64,000 nt of DNA from NCBI GenBank assembly GCA_963765895.1, contig CAVXZB010000078.1, forward strand, positions 1-64,000. Direction: 5' to 3'. The position numbers and the translations under genes are program-made. Position 1 is the first letter of the stretch. Every line of letters starts with the position of its first letter. The notes under the pieces are model-generated. The model was given only the letters and a program-made list of their open reading frames with translations, had not been told where the DNA came from and did not search any database. Positions 21,883 through 34,508 of this stretch are shown here, one piece after another. This DNA comes from an uncultured Nitrososphaeraceae archaeon (GTDB lineage: Archaea; Thermoproteota; Nitrososphaeria; Nitrososphaerales; Nitrososphaeraceae).

Positions 21883-22762
21883 AATGTCTAGCAATCTTAC
21901 CGCTGCCATATGGAAAGGGCAAATGTAAACCTTGTTCCGATTCTTCTGAACTTCATAATTAATACATCAATTGATTAATTGACTGAGGTGTAATGAAGAT
22001 TATTCCGCATTTCATGCGAAATATCAACGAATTCAATATTCCTGCTGATAATTCACAGGATTATGAAATGCTCTATTTTGGGGGTAAACCTAATCCTTTT
22101 GATTGACTATAGATTAGCTTTTGATGTGCTCCCGGCTCAGTCGAATTATGAATCGAAGTTTTCATTATGAGTCGAAGAGAAGTTGATAAAGGAAGGATAG
22201 ACATGATGGTTTGGATATCGATGCATTTTATTATAACACCGGTGGACGAATTAATGATATTTTTAAACCGGCACACAGTGATTCGTATGCGTTTAATATA
22301 ACTGATAAAACTCGATACAAGTCACCGTAAATCTAACTCTTGACCAGACCTGGCAAGAAAGGATAAAAGAATCACAAATCTTAGATGAATAGAAAATATA
22401 TCGCTCGAAGAGCTGAATTATATTGATTGAAATAAGCTACGAAGTATTGTTATCTGGTCTAGAAAACGCCGACGGCTATGACTTTAAGGATATAGTCATC
22501 ATATCCCAACCTAATCGTTAACCGAACCACAAACTCAAAAGAATTGTTCACAACGATTTCGAAATCTGACACATCAATTATGTAGTCGAGACTAGATGTC
22601 AATAATCTGAGAGATCATCATTATCGGATGGCATAATTCTAGCCCATGAGTAACTATGTCTTCCAGCCAGCTTCAGTTGACAATATTCGCCTCAAAATTC
22701 TGATGGCTTTCCTCATTCATTACGCTCAAATCTAATCCTCTAAAATGGAAAATGTAAATCGA

Positions 22763-22807
22763 GTAAGATAAGGTAAGGTAAGGTAAGATAAGGTAAGATA
22801 AGATAAG
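22763..22807 (+). repeat. pentanucleotide microsatellite (RTAAG)x9
   Basis: gtaag ataag gtaag gtaag gtaag ataag gtaag ataag ataag. Confidence 0.92.
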
Positions 22808-22966
22808 ATTAAATAAAGTCAAACGTCCCAGATTTTATTCTAGAAAATTTAAATCCGCTTAACATAATTTTTATTTCTATATATAGACTATTAACCATTT
22901 TATCAAATCTATGTGCCAGTAAGTGGGAACAGGTCGCTAAAATTAAGCCGCAGGTATTTTGACTTA

Positions 22967-23569
22967 TTAATTTTCCTTAAAATTAAAAACTTTTGCCACA
23001 AAGATCAAGGACGGTATCATAGTGACTGGGAAAATAACTGCAAGATTAAAGTTGACGAATGCCAAAGCTATGGAAATGATGTAAAGTAATGGAATAACAC
23101 TCAAGCGAGTGTATATCTTTTTCATTATATATTTATCCAATTCCTTACTTTGTAAATCCTTAGATATTTCCAGATACCGCCACAGCGATATCAACAGCAA
23201 CGAATTGACAATTTGTAGGAGCGCTAAGACTGTCACTGCTTGCCATGTTCTATATTGTAACTCTGCGACAGTAGTAATTGGCGTTAGTAGTATCAAAACA
23301 AAGAAGGTTATTGAGACTAATGTTATGGGCTCGCTCGGGGCTTTTAGATAATCAAAAAAGTTCATAGAAAAAATCCAGAAAACTGAAATTACCATAAAAC
23401 TACTTATTAGCCCGTATACATTATAATAAAAATCCTTTAATTCGTCTTGATTAATTTGACCATTCACTATCGTTGGGGGCACTAAGTTATATGCCAATAT
23501 CGTAATGGCAACAAGAAGCACAGAGTCGCTAAAACTCTTTAATCGTTCTGTAGTTAACAGGCTCGACAA
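22967..23569 (-). CDS. TMEM175-family K+ channel
   Basis: ERLKSFSDSVLLVAIT matches the RxxxFSD signature; 6 TM. Confidence 0.88.
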   Translation of the reverse strand: MSSLLTTERLKSFSDSVLLVAITILAYNLVPPTIVNGQINQDELKDFYYNVYGLISSFMVISVFWIFSMNFFDYLKAPSEPITLVSITFFVLILLTPITTVAELQYRTWQAVTVLALLQIVNSLLLISLWRYLEISKDLQSKELDKYIMKKIYTRLSVIPLLYIISIALAFVNFNLAVIFPVTMIPSLIFVAKVFNFKEN

Positions 23570-24111
23570 TAGATGACTGGAATTGATTGCTATAGCAGCT
23601 CGATAATAACATTACCCAATGATTAAATACCATTCTTTCCTGAACTGTGCGAAGAGAGCTCGACTTAAATTAGGGCTGAATTGCTCCCTTAATCTAATAT
23701 ATAGTGTACGACATCTCCTGATGAATTATGTTAATGTCATTCGGTCTTCTGGCTGTGGTATTAAATTGATTTTTACATTGCATTTTTCAAAAATAAATAA
23801 TATTTATTTAAATAGTTCTTTAATACGTCAAACACGGGATTTTATTAAATTTAATAATAAACACCCAGAGACCACATGAATGCGCATGTACGCATATAAT
23901 TACTGTAGTCAGCCGATAATTAGAAAGTTTACCGTCTGATTTGTCCAATTTTAAAATACATTGGCATATAGACAAAATTCATAGAAAGATTATAGATTCT
24001 AGATTATTAAATAGAATACTTTCTTTATAGATTATATCTTGACTGTCGGCTCTTTAGGAGCTGCTATACCTATTCGCTGGATTTAAATATTATAATCCAT
24101 TCAGAAGGATA

Positions 24112-24669
24112 TTGCAGAAATTAGAAGAAAATCCTCCCTGGCTTCGAATGTTGCAAATAGTGCTAGGAGGCATTTGCATAATACTTTCCTTGGTTATAAT
24201 ACTATACATAGGACCCGCCGTTTTTTCTATCATAATTATCCTTTCTATCATACTCCTTGTAATTGGGATTGAACGGATAGCTATCGGGATAATAAACCCA
24301 CGATCTGGTCGATCCCGCTTAGTCAGTATTGGAATTGGTTTGCTAATAATTGGTGTCTCAATAATTCTAATGCAATTTCCAATATTCACCTTAGCGATCC
24401 TAATATTACTTGGTGCTATAGCGCTCTTACTTAGCGGTATTTCGAGAATAGTCCATGGCATCCGCGGTGGGACCACAGGTCGCTCCAAGGCATTGCAGAT
24501 TGGGGTGGGCATCTTAAGCATAGGTATATCTATTCTAGTAATGATTCATCCAGTAAATTTTGGACTGCCGCTGCTAGGTGTCATAATCTCTATTGCATTT
24601 CTAGTAAGCGGGATCGAAATGATGGCAGTTGGAATAACTGGCAGACCTAGGGATAGAATAATCTCCTGA
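24112..24669 (+). CDS. HdeD/DUF308-family membrane protein
   Basis: 6 TM with repeated GIxRI..GI units. Confidence 0.85.
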   Translation: MQKLEENPPWLRMLQIVLGGICIILSLVIILYIGPAVFSIIIILSIILLVIGIERIAIGIINPRSGRSRLVSIGIGLLIIGVSIILMQFPIFTLAILILLGAIALLLSGISRIVHGIRGGTTGRSKALQIGVGILSIGISILVMIHPVNFGLPLLGVIISIAFLVSGIEMMAVGITGRPRDRIIS

Positions 24670-25170
24670 TCTGCGGGCAGGCATGATAGAAATGCCAGAA
24701 CTTTGAATAACGTTTATTCATTTTTTGCCTCGTGATTTTAATTACTTCTAACAAGCTTCGATTCGAATAAAGTCGGTTTGTAGCAAAAAGCGTGTCCCAC
24801 ACCCAAACCTGAAATACCGTTCATTTAGATTGCTAGTACAAATGTCCATCATAGGTATGTTAAAAATACCATCTCCTACGATTGAGTCTATGATATAATG
24901 CTTTTCATTCGATACTAATACAAAATTGCAATCACTTTCCGAGTATAATTAGAAGCCCTTCAATCTAATGGAAAAATTAACGAAAGATGATAGTACTTGC
25001 GTAGCGATTCGATTACTACCGTAACCATATATGAGGCTGATTTGAGACCTTTCTTTACGTACGAAATATGATCTTGATGATTACAATACTAGCTAAGAGT
25101 GAGTGCAGGGTAAGCCACTAGTTTCTAAAGATTTATTATGATCATTGGTTACTCAGGTAATAATCAACCC

Positions 25171-25308
25171 ATGAAAGCAGTTGGAATTATAGGGATAATA
25201 CTTATCGCTGTCTTTGTAATAGTTATGTTAATGACATTCGCTTTCCATCTGATAGTCTTTAAGCTGCCTCCTCATTACGCGAGACATGGCTATATCAAAG
25301 CTAGATAG
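25171..25308 (+). CDS. small single-TM peptide (45 aa, not in ORF track)
   Basis: MKAVGIIGIILIAVFVIVMLMTFAFHLIVFKLPPHYARHGYIKAR. Confidence 0.55.
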   Translation: MKAVGIIGIILIAVFVIVMLMTFAFHLIVFKLPPHYARHGYIKAR

Positions 25309-25955
25309 AAACGAGATTGCTAGTGGTATTTTAGAACAAGCATGGACCATTTAACCGAATTATTCATATTTTGTGTATCTTGTCATAGTACCTATGTGAT
25401 CTTCAAAAACGATGAAACACAAGTCACCGGTAACCCCCCTTCTGTTGTGCATAAATACAACATAACCAATCTCTATACAAACATACAACAATCCTTTATT
25501 AATTAGCTAAATATTGATAACCAATGAGCTCATCTCAAACCCTGTTCAATAATTGGTCGCGTATCCACTATTAAAGATTCAACACTTACGATCACGTAAA
25601 CAGACGAGCCGATTTGCACTTGATAAGTGTATACAGAGGGTACCTATCTAGGATCCGTTACCATATTTTTAAAAGTGGCTTAAAGAAAAGCCCCACTATC
25701 TGAGGGAATCATTATAATGTATATTAGATTCAGCGACATTTTCACACCTTGTTTGTTTATTGGTGGAAGCCTTATTAAGTCGGTCTCTGAGGTCACGGCT
25801 TGTATACAGTTGTTATAGAATTCCCAATTTGCTATTCTAATATAGTAGAACCCTTTTGTATTCATTGGCCATGGCATTCCGGCATGTCGATGTCCATTAT
25901 AAAAAAAGTTGGAAAGTTTTACTTCGCAGTTAGTTTTCTTCCCTGCTTATGAAAT

Positions 25956-26156
25956 CTAGTTGTGGTGATGGTGGTGATGGTGGTGATGGTGGTGATGGTG
26001 GTGATGGTGGTGATGGTGGTGATGGTGGTGATGGTGGTGATGGTTGTTGTCCGAGTGGGCAAATGCATTGCTGGTTATGATAGGCGTTGTTGCGACGAGC
26101 GCTAGCACAACCATGACGGCAGCGACTGCGACAATTAGGGTGATTTGATTCCTCAA
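25956..26156 (-). CDS. secreted poly-histidine peptide
   Basis: Signal peptide ending AFA; mature HSDNN-H27-N. Confidence 0.85.
   Translation of the reverse strand: MRNQITLIVAVAAVMVVLALVATTPIITSNAFAHSDNNHHHHHHHHHHHHHHHHHHHHHHHHHHHN
25962..26042 (-). repeat. 9-bp tandem repeat (CATCACCAC)x9 encoding His27
   Basis: gtggtgatg x9, perfect, on the + strand. Confidence 0.95.
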
Positions 26157-27076
26157 GTCAATATAGTCTGTGTATCAGAGTATATTAGATTAGACTAACA
26201 TCGTGAACTTACAAAGTTAATTCAGAGCTTAACCATTTTTCAGGTTTTGAACATCTGATAGGATCGATATAACAGAATACAAACTTTTCTCTATATTGAA
26301 GTCTCTCTATAATTGGTTGAAATGTTAAATACAGAGAATAGTCAGAATATGTTTTTAAATAGGAATATTCTAATTCAAGGTAACGCGTTTACGTTACGAA
26401 TAGGTGCTGACATTTGAGATCTGTGACTAGATTTCGTAGGCTATGATGTATCGATGAACCGATTTACTCGCTGAAGCTTCGGATAAAATATTACAGCGAT
26501 TAAAAATCCTTTTTAAACGCGCAAATTGCAGAATGCAAAGGGATTAATGCTCATACACTATTGATACTATGGCCGATATTAAGAACTTAGGGGAGTTTCT
26601 GGGATGTCTCAGTCCTTAGGACTAAACTGCTAGCCAGATGCATCTTTCACTGATGGAATTGCGCTCAATGTGTCTACAAAAATTGAGTAAATATCGGAGA
26701 TACGACGGCAACTCATAAGATATACGTTTCGTGATTAATCCAAGAGGCAATTTTTATAACCGGCGCACAGGCAAGTGCCGTTCTCCGTCTCAACAAAGGA
26801 TTGTTTTAACAGTTTGAGTTTGTACCACAAGTGGACCTTCATGATAAGGCCGACTTTTGGATAATAGTTGCGAGGGAAGCTTCCTACAAATGTAAGATGG
26901 TAATAAGTCTATCCAACTTAGTGACATGCCTAGACTAGTGCCCTAATAATGGTTTCAGATCTTCTGTAAGTACAATTGTATGAGATTAAAAATCATATCT
27001 CAAAAAAAGAGAATTCTGTGACCTAACATAATTAAATACAAAGTCTTGTAGTTTAGAGAAGATTAATAAAAGATCA

Positions 27077-27520
27077 GTGGTGTATGATTATATGTCTCTT
27101 GTAGAAAACAAGCGAATAGCTAGGGATTTTATTGACGAGATGTTTAACAAGGGGAATGTCGAAAATGCAAATCGGTTTGTAACGCCAGACTTCATTTATC
27201 ACGCCAGGGGTGAGGATGTAATAGGAGTAGACAACTTTAAGGCCTGCGTAGCAACAGATCACACCACCTTTCGTGACATACATTTCACCTATATAGATGG
27301 CATAGCAGAGGGAAAAAAGGTCGCCACAACTTGGATACTGGAGGGCATTCAACAACAGGAATTCCGAGGCATACCGGCTACGAATAAAAAATTTGAAACG
27401 GTAGGAGTTATCATCTTTCGTTTTGAAGGCCATTTGATTAAGGAGGGCTGGTCTATCGTCGATGGACTTACACCGGCGATAGAGTTGGGACTTGTTAAGA
27501 CAAGCTTTAATCCAACATAA
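27077..27520 (+). CDS. SnoaL-like ester cyclase
   Basis: ENKRIARDF, IAEGKKVA, FRGIPATNKK. Confidence 0.92.
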   Translation: MVYDYMSLVENKRIARDFIDEMFNKGNVENANRFVTPDFIYHARGEDVIGVDNFKACVATDHTTFRDIHFTYIDGIAEGKKVATTWILEGIQQQEFRGIPATNKKFETVGVIIFRFEGHLIKEGWSIVDGLTPAIELGLVKTSFNPT

Positions 27521-27883
27521 CGACAAATGAGCTAACCATTATCAGCTCTACAAACTTGGTACTGATTGTTCACGAATATGGAAAGTTTACTGGTAGTATC
27601 GACGCATGAGATTCAAGTCTATTAAAATAGAGAAAATAGGCAAATACGGTATTGAGCAATTCAACCATATAATATATTTATATTGATCGACGCACAAATC
27701 TAATATAAAATTTGTATAATAGTATAATTATTAAATCAAATTCCAGATGTGTCACCATTAAAAATACTAATTAGGTCTTTCAACTTCTTAAATTATGAAA
27801 AGTATGTAATGAGACATTTAGGTTAACATAGTTAAACTATTTATATTAACCTCAGACGCTTAGTAAGTGTAGGCGGACTCAGG

Positions 27884-28363
27884 TTGTTATCCATAGCATC
27901 GTTAGGAAAAAAAACTAAAAAATCAACTATGTCTCCGTATCGCGACAGAGTCTATATTATCAAAGATATAATACTAAAGTTGGTGGATTATGGCGCCTTG
28001 AATCAAACGTCACTTATCAGTTTCTGTGGGCTTAACTTGAAGAAACACAGATCGATATTATTTGAACTCGAACTAAATGAGCTTGTTACCAAATCAGAAA
28101 CTACTTCTGGTCATAGAACGATTACAGTTTATAGGCCTACGCAGAAGGGTATAGAATTTTGTAATAAGATAATTGGACCCTATGAGAAAATGTTCCCAAG
28201 ACAAAGACATCAACTAAGATCCGAAGACATTAGACCAATAGTGATAGAAAATAGCCAGGAATACCGTGGCATTGCAAATTCAGTAAATGACGATCAGAAT
28301 AGTTTTACAGAAATAGGCCAACCAACAACGGTTACACTGAAGGAGATATCTCCAACCAGATAA
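27884..28363 (+). CDS. winged-helix regulator (archaeal HTH_45-like)
   Basis: YRDRVYIIKDIILKL..LNQTSL..YRPTQKG; start may be ATG 27929. Confidence 0.85.
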   Translation: MLSIASLGKKTKKSTMSPYRDRVYIIKDIILKLVDYGALNQTSLISFCGLNLKKHRSILFELELNELVTKSETTSGHRTITVYRPTQKGIEFCNKIIGPYEKMFPRQRHQLRSEDIRPIVIENSQEYRGIANSVNDDQNSFTEIGQPTTVTLKEISPTR

Positions 28364-28842
28364 ATAGCTAATCGACAGAATGACGTGGTTTGCATATCTT
28401 TGGTTTTAAAATTTGAAAAATGTATTTTTATGAATGGCTCCCAGATCCTGACTGACTAGGCGCAGGTTTATGCCTAAACAAAATTATTATTATTACTAAC
28501 ATTTTACTTTAGCGCTAACTTTCTGATCACAATTCTGTACGCATACGAGGCTTCTTGCCTATTTGGATAATTTGGATATCAAGCCGCTCTAGTTAACTCT
28601 TTCCCACCGCTGAATTAGCATACATGCTTTTGACGGGAATAAAGGGAGAGTCATTATCCATTCGCGGCCTCCATCGTACTTGTTGTTCGGAGTATCCACA
28701 TTATCTTTTGAGCCGGAATAGAAGATAGTTGCTAAGTAATCAAGGTTAACGTGCCGTAACATACAATAACAGAAGATGTAAATACGGAAATAATGTTGTT
28801 AATTTAAATCGTCAGTGAAGATGAACCGCAGGTCTCATCTTA

Positions 28843-29440
28843 CTATTTGCCCGGTGTAACTTCAGGACTATTGATAACTATTCCAGTTTTTGAGATAGTC
28901 AGTTCTCCATTTCTTTCTGCACTTAATACTTCGGATGCAGATTTCAATATCCTGGGGTTTACATTGGCATTCCACTTTACAAAATTTAATGCATATAATG
29001 GACTATACCCTTTTTCTCCAGGTGATGCACTTGAAACACCTAATTGAAATCCCATAGGAGAGCTACTCTGCTTTATGCCATTAATGAAATCATAACCCTG
29101 TTGACGACTAGATTCTGGAGATAATGCTAGAATTGGAGAGAAGTTAACCTTGGACCCTGTGGTATTTGTTATTGATGCTGCAATTTGGGGATCTGAAGCG
29201 TCAGTTGCTATAAAATATTCAATCTTACCGTTAACATAGCCTCTTGAAACGGGTATAGATACGGATTTAATTGCATTAAGCTTAGTAGTAACACCTGCGG
29301 CATGCTCGGGTACTGTTTGCACCTATTTGCTGTGCAAAAGTATTTTGTGATAATAGTTGTGGGCCTGACATAACAATTGTTACTATCGACAACACAACTA
29401 GAGAGGTTGATATTTCAGAAATCTTTAGTTTGATCTTCAT
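28843..29440 (-). pseudogene. secreted protein of the YFIATDASD/GYSPL family, +1 frameshift near 29325-29285
   Basis: Signal peptide from ATG 29440 (MKIKLK..NTFAQ) is one base out of frame with the ORF 28843-29322. Confidence 0.7.
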
Positions 29441-29570
29441 ATTACAACATCTTCCGATAAATCGCTATATATGAAAGTTTTTACACCAGATCTAATCTGG
29501 ACTTTCAAAAAGATTAATATTTCGACGAAAGTCATCTTTGAATTTGAGCTTGTACTGCGGGGCCTTGTGA

Positions 29571-29858
29571 TTGGAATATCCTCCATTGTGGGTTTGGGCC
29601 TTTATCGTAGGCATCATTATTGCAACAAAGCTTGTTTTGAGATGGCAAGCGACAAAACAGACTGTCAACGATGCCTCAGATAGATACATTTCCAACAATG
29701 AGAAAAAGGATTCAACTCTTGATTCGTTAGATAGAAATGCCAGTACTAAAGCTAGAAATATCAAGTCTTACAAATATGGTCCGTTTCACCTGTACAGAGG
29801 CGGTTTTGATACACGGAAAAAACGACTACGAACGACCACCAAAGATCGGCACTACTGA
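29571..29858 (+). CDS. hypothetical protein with N-terminal TM
   Basis: LWVWAFIVGIIIATKLVL TM segment. Confidence 0.45.
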   Translation: MEYPPLWVWAFIVGIIIATKLVLRWQATKQTVNDASDRYISNNEKKDSTLDSLDRNASTKARNIKSYKYGPFHLYRGGFDTRKKRLRTTTKDRHY

Positions 29859-30047
29859 TATGTCTCCGGTTTTGCTTGTCCTGCCAAGATGGTAACCAGG
29901 GTTTTAACATACAATTGATTAATATTCTAAAATTTATCACTAGTCCAAGTTAGATCTCGATTTAAATGATATAATCTGGCTCCGCCGGTATGATTTGTCC
30001 CCTCGGATTAAAGTCGAAGTGTCCGTTATGGAGTTCATTTAATTTCA

Positions 30048-30251
30048 TCAATTCCAATAAGGATTCAGAATAACGCCAATATTGTTCCCGTAAAGTCCAG
30101 TGATCTCTTGCTGTACAGTTGTTGCATAATCTGCGGATAGCGCAATAACAACCATCTGGTCATATCTCCCGGCCTTGTGAAAGAGAGAATTACCTGCAAG
30201 TTCATTAATTATAACCCTGTTATCTATTTGATTATTCCCGGTCGTCTCCAA
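30048..30251 (-). pseudogene. fragment of a MacB/FtsX-like ABC permease
   Basis: NSLFHKAGRYDQMVVIA..VQQEITGLYGNNIGVI resembles the extracytoplasmic segment; no flanking TM parts. Confidence 0.5.
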
Positions 30252-30880
30252 TATACCACTTATTACAAAGCTTTTGGATTGTTGTTCAGTCTTGCCAGTT
30301 TTCGAGTCGACGAATGTATTGCTTTATTTTCTATGAAGAATGAAAATAGTCTAGTCCTAGAGATAGGCTCGACATACACAGACACTCTAATTTAATCTCG
30401 GCCAAGCAATGAATGAAACCAAAAAATGGTCACGGATAGTGGTTAGCTAAAGTAAACCTGATTTCAGGCGGGATTCTTCCTCTAACTAATCCTGAAAAGC
30501 AGCGTTGAGAGTCGAAATAAAAATCTTACGATAAAAAATAGTCAAATGCAATGCAGCAAGTTACATAAAAACTAGAGCAACTAGCTACCAGCATTATAGA
30601 GCACTTCCTGTCTGACTCTAACATGTATATCGATTTTTTAAGTGGAGTGTATCATGTGTCATGTAAACTAACCACCGGAGTGAGAAACCACGGCTAATAC
30701 ACAGGTATGATGCCTTGGCCTATTCATCATCGTTTACAAAGTTCTGGTGCTCAGTTTATTAGTGATTGGTGATATTCTTATGAAATTCATCACTCTATCG
30801 AACTCGAACTTACATTAACATGAGTAAGAGTCCTTCTAGGACTCCAGCTCTTATTGAAGTATACTTGAATCGATGCCTCA

Positions 30881-31114
30881 CTAATTGAGGGGTTCTTTTG
30901 TACTTTCCAACTCAGGTAATTCATTTTCATCTGGTTTTTCCATTGCCTTTCCTTTTCTTTTTCGCAACTTCCTTATATCCCCAAGAATTTCTTTAAACTC
31001 CTCTTGAGAAATCTTGGATATTTTGGAATCCCACTCTATTCCATGTGCTTGCAAAACCTCTTCTGTTACCTCAAGGATGTCCAGTTTAGTATGCTTCTCC
31101 TCAGTCGAAAGCAT
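30881..31114 (-). CDS. hypothetical protein
   Basis: 77-aa ATG ORF with natural composition. Confidence 0.6.
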   Translation of the reverse strand: MLSTEEKHTKLDILEVTEEVLQAHGIEWDSKISKISQEEFKEILGDIRKLRKRKGKAMEKPDENELPELESTKEPLN

Positions 31115-31652
31115 TTTGTGCTTAGAAAACGGAAAAATGCAAATTCACTCATAATCTTATCCCCTACCATGTTACGTCAAAAGGACCTAATAATGTCTTT
31201 GTTACTTTAATCAAATAGTGTATTCAATATGAATAATCTCGTCGGGCTTTTATTCTCGAGTATCTAATTGGAGATGATTAAAGCTCATTGCATAAGCAGT
31301 ATTGTGTTGTATGTCTCACAGTAATTTTATTTAATCTCTCATAAAGTTGAAAAATATTTTGAAGACATAGATGTGTCCCGCGTATAATATTCTCGTAGTC
31401 TATGAGTCCTAGTACTTTTTGAACCGGTACATTATTTCACTAAAATGAAAATTTCCTCATTGTAGCCTTCCTCGTTTTCTTATATTACCTTCTACGGATT
31501 GTGAGCAGAAAGTGTATCGAGCGTTAACAGAGGGATTTCGTTTGGAATAAGGGGCCCGACTAATAATACCGATAGCGATCTAGGCTTCAATTAGGCAACC
31601 TCAGCTGGTAAGACTGATATAGTTTAACGAGAATTATACTATTGAAGACAAT

Positions 31653-31818
31653 ATGGAACAATTGTCGGATAGAGATAGGGTAAAGAGAGGTGTTAATAGG
31701 GGTAGATACAAAACAATCGAATATTCTTGTGGATGTATCTATCAATTTGATCACGCAGATCATATTGAAACATATATGCCCAGAACATGAGACTCATCTC
31801 ATTACTTATCACGGCTGA
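31653..31818 (+). pseudogene. small CGC..CxxH protein with +1 frameshift at ~31773
   Basis: MEQLSD..YSCGCIYQFDHADHIET / ICPEHETHLITYHG after skipping one T. Confidence 0.5.
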
Positions 31819-32100
31819 AATGCAGTCATACATTTAAACTTGTAAAGTACTTGGGAAATGAATAAGCCCGTTATTAGTTTATAGAGTTTATAGAGGTAAA
31901 AGACAAACAGAACTGCGTCCCACTTTTGTTAATTTAGGCTGTGGAGATACTATGAAACAATGTAATCACCCGATATTATCTATCATAAGAGATTTTAAAT
32001 AAACTAATTATGGATTGAGGCCCAAAACCAGTTGTGAACAAATTATTCACGATTAGGAGATCTTCATACTTGAACACCAGAGCACTTGCAGTAGACTAGT

Positions 32101-32289
32101 GTGGTAGTCGCTGTTCTTCTCCTTGCCCTTATATGCATCACGTCGATAAATATAGGGCTATATCTTCAGCAGGAAGCGGAACTATTTACATCTAAACCTG
32201 TGCTGGGAGACAAGGCTGATAGTGAGCATGACAAAAAAATGAACATTCTTCCGTGTGACGCTCAACACGCATGCCAAACTTCAATTTAG
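32101..32289 (+). CDS. small exported/membrane hypothetical protein
   Basis: N-terminal hydrophobic stretch, C-terminal Cys pair. Confidence 0.4.
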   Translation: MVVAVLLLALICITSINIGLYLQQEAELFTSKPVLGDKADSEHDKKMNILPCDAQHACQTSI

Positions 32290-32693
32290 TGATATTTTAT
32301 GCTCATTATTAGTTCCTGAATAGATTAATTTTAATTCGCTACTTTTTGTAACCGATTACAGAAACGGCTGAGGATGGGTTTGATCCTGAGGAGTTATTGT
32401 ACCTGAAACTTACGATGGTAGATATACAAATTGAGGAAAGGCTCTCTAAGAATAGCATACCCAATTTCATATCATATGTTCCCAAGAGAATATTTTTGAT
32501 ATATAAAGTATTTGACTTCAACATAATTACCATTTATGAATTCCAGAAATCCCAAACAATGCACGCTATAGTGGATTACTCCAAATGCCAACACCACAAA
32601 ATCAAGGAATAATCTTTCAAGAATCTGGCTACCACATAACCTAGCACAGTAAGTATAAAGAATAAATCAGGATCTGTTATTAGAAATATAAAA

Positions 32694-33074
32694 ATGACAG
32701 ACAACTTATTTCTCGAACAGCTTGTGGATTACATTGTACTCGCGATAGAGGTTATTGCGATTATATTTATCACTGGCATAATTATATACTTCCTATTTAT
32801 GTTTTCAAAATTATCCGTTGCAAGGATTCTGGGGAAACCAGTTTCAACAAACCTTCGTGAGATGATTTATAGATTTTTAGAGAGGGTTTGCTAATCTCCT
32901 TAGATTTTGTTATTGCAGCTTGATATTTTAAAGACGATCTTTAGCCGTTCAATCGATGAATTAGTTACCCTTGCTATCGTAGTAACAATAAGAATACTGT
33001 TGAGCTGGTCTCTTTCAAAAGATTTTGAATTATACGAGAAGAGGGATAGCGTAGATCCCAAGGCTGCTTTGTGA
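32694..33074 (+). pseudogene. DUF1622 membrane protein with two frameshifts (~32880, ~32921)
   Basis: Reconstructs GLLISLDFVIAADILKTI..LAIVVTIRILLSWSL. Confidence 0.85.
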
Positions 33075-33528
33075 GTAGCAGGTCAGTTAAGAATGAAAAA
33101 TGTTTGTTAACGATCTGAGCCCAACTGAACACGATCCACTCTTCAGTTTATTGCCCACTTCCTTAGCCGAAATTTTGTCCTTTGCACTTGCCAACAGACT
33201 GCAAAAACATCATAGTCTCATGAGAAGTTGGAATTTTAAGGCGCCTTAATTTTATTATAGCAATTTAATTGTTGCACGAGCTAATATAACGATGGAATGA
33301 GTGTATTACATTGTGTTGTACAAATTTCCGAATTGTTACTCGAAGTATAACCTAATCCCCACGAGACTCATAAATTGCGCATAGTTAGTGACATCCACGT
33401 CCAGGCCCAAGTACTCGTGGTAATAGTTTGGCCCTAAGACAGATTATAGAATGTGCGATTATAAATGTAAGAAGACTATAGCAATTGAATGATGAGAGGA
33501 ATCAGCAGAACGCATCTTAATCCGAAGG

Positions 33529-34258
33529 ATGTTGACATACTGAGATAAGGATGGAATTTACAGGATAGCGGGTTTTGTCGGCGAATATGGTATTACGTTT
33601 AATCAATTTTTGATTAATGATACAAAGCCAACTCTAATTCATACCGGGCCACTTGGTATGTATAGTAAGATTGAGGAGAAGGTGAAAGAAGTAATACCTA
33701 TAGAAAAATTATCATACATAGCTTTTTTACATTTTGAGGCTGATGAGTGGGGAGGAATGGAGTTTCTCAAAGCATCTAAGGCGAAATTGATTTTGTAGTG
33801 ACCTTAGTTCCAAATTAAATCTTACCGGATGGAAAATGCCTATAGATCATATCTCATTCTGGGAAAACGAATCATTGAAAATAGGCAGAATGACACTTAG
33901 GTTCCTAATGACGCCTCACGTACATCACTGGGACAGCATGATGATTTTCGAAGCTACCTCAAAGTCTCTTTTCACATCAGATCTATTTATACAACCTGGT
34001 GTTAATGAGCCCGTTGTATCAAACGATCTCTCAGACCAGATGATATCGCTTTACCGAGTTATTGGAATCTTTGCTAATGAGGACCCTGTAAGGAGAACGG
34101 CCAAGCGTCTTGCAAACGTTAAGCCGGAGATGATATATCCCATGCATGGATCTTGTATTGATAAATCAATGTTTTCAGCATATTTTAACGCAATAATGAA
34201 AGATAGGTTCGCATATTCAGGTAAATTACTTGGTCAGCAGTTAGAGTTTTTGACATAA
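33529..34258 (+). pseudogene. MBL-fold diiron protein (FprA/ODP-like), disrupted start and +1 frameshift at 33791-33794
   Basis: DGIYRIAGF..FNQFLI, HFEADEWG, TPHVHHWDS, LFTSDLF, YPMHG. Confidence 0.88.
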
Positions 34259-34508
34259 TCTACCACAACTTTTATAACTACTGGCATTAAGGCTGGTACG
34301 CGCAAAAAACGAATCGCAATTGACCATTTTTCCATTATTTAATATTAACTAGAAACTACTATTTGGTCTCCCAAGTCAGATTCACAACAAATGCCAACAT
34401 CAATTAATCAAGATCATGTATTCTTTCCTATGTGCATAATAGGTATTCCCGTCATCATCAGCCTATTAATATATAGGTGGTGTTCTATCTACAAATATAC
34501 TAATTGCC

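Noticed and set aside
25962-26042. Tandem repeats (also 22763, 5770) as a CRISPR array
   Set aside because: No spacers and no cas genes; these are simple tandem units
14011-27520. ABM, isochorismatase, AKR, O-methyltransferase and SnoaL as a phenazine/polyketide cluster
   Set aside because: Genes are scattered, on mixed strands, with no core synthase; the hydrolase has the catalytic Cys that PhzD lacks
33541-33543. In-frame TGA after ATG 33529 as selenocysteine or readthrough
   Set aside because: The position is non-catalytic and the region has other frame disruptions; error or decay is simpler
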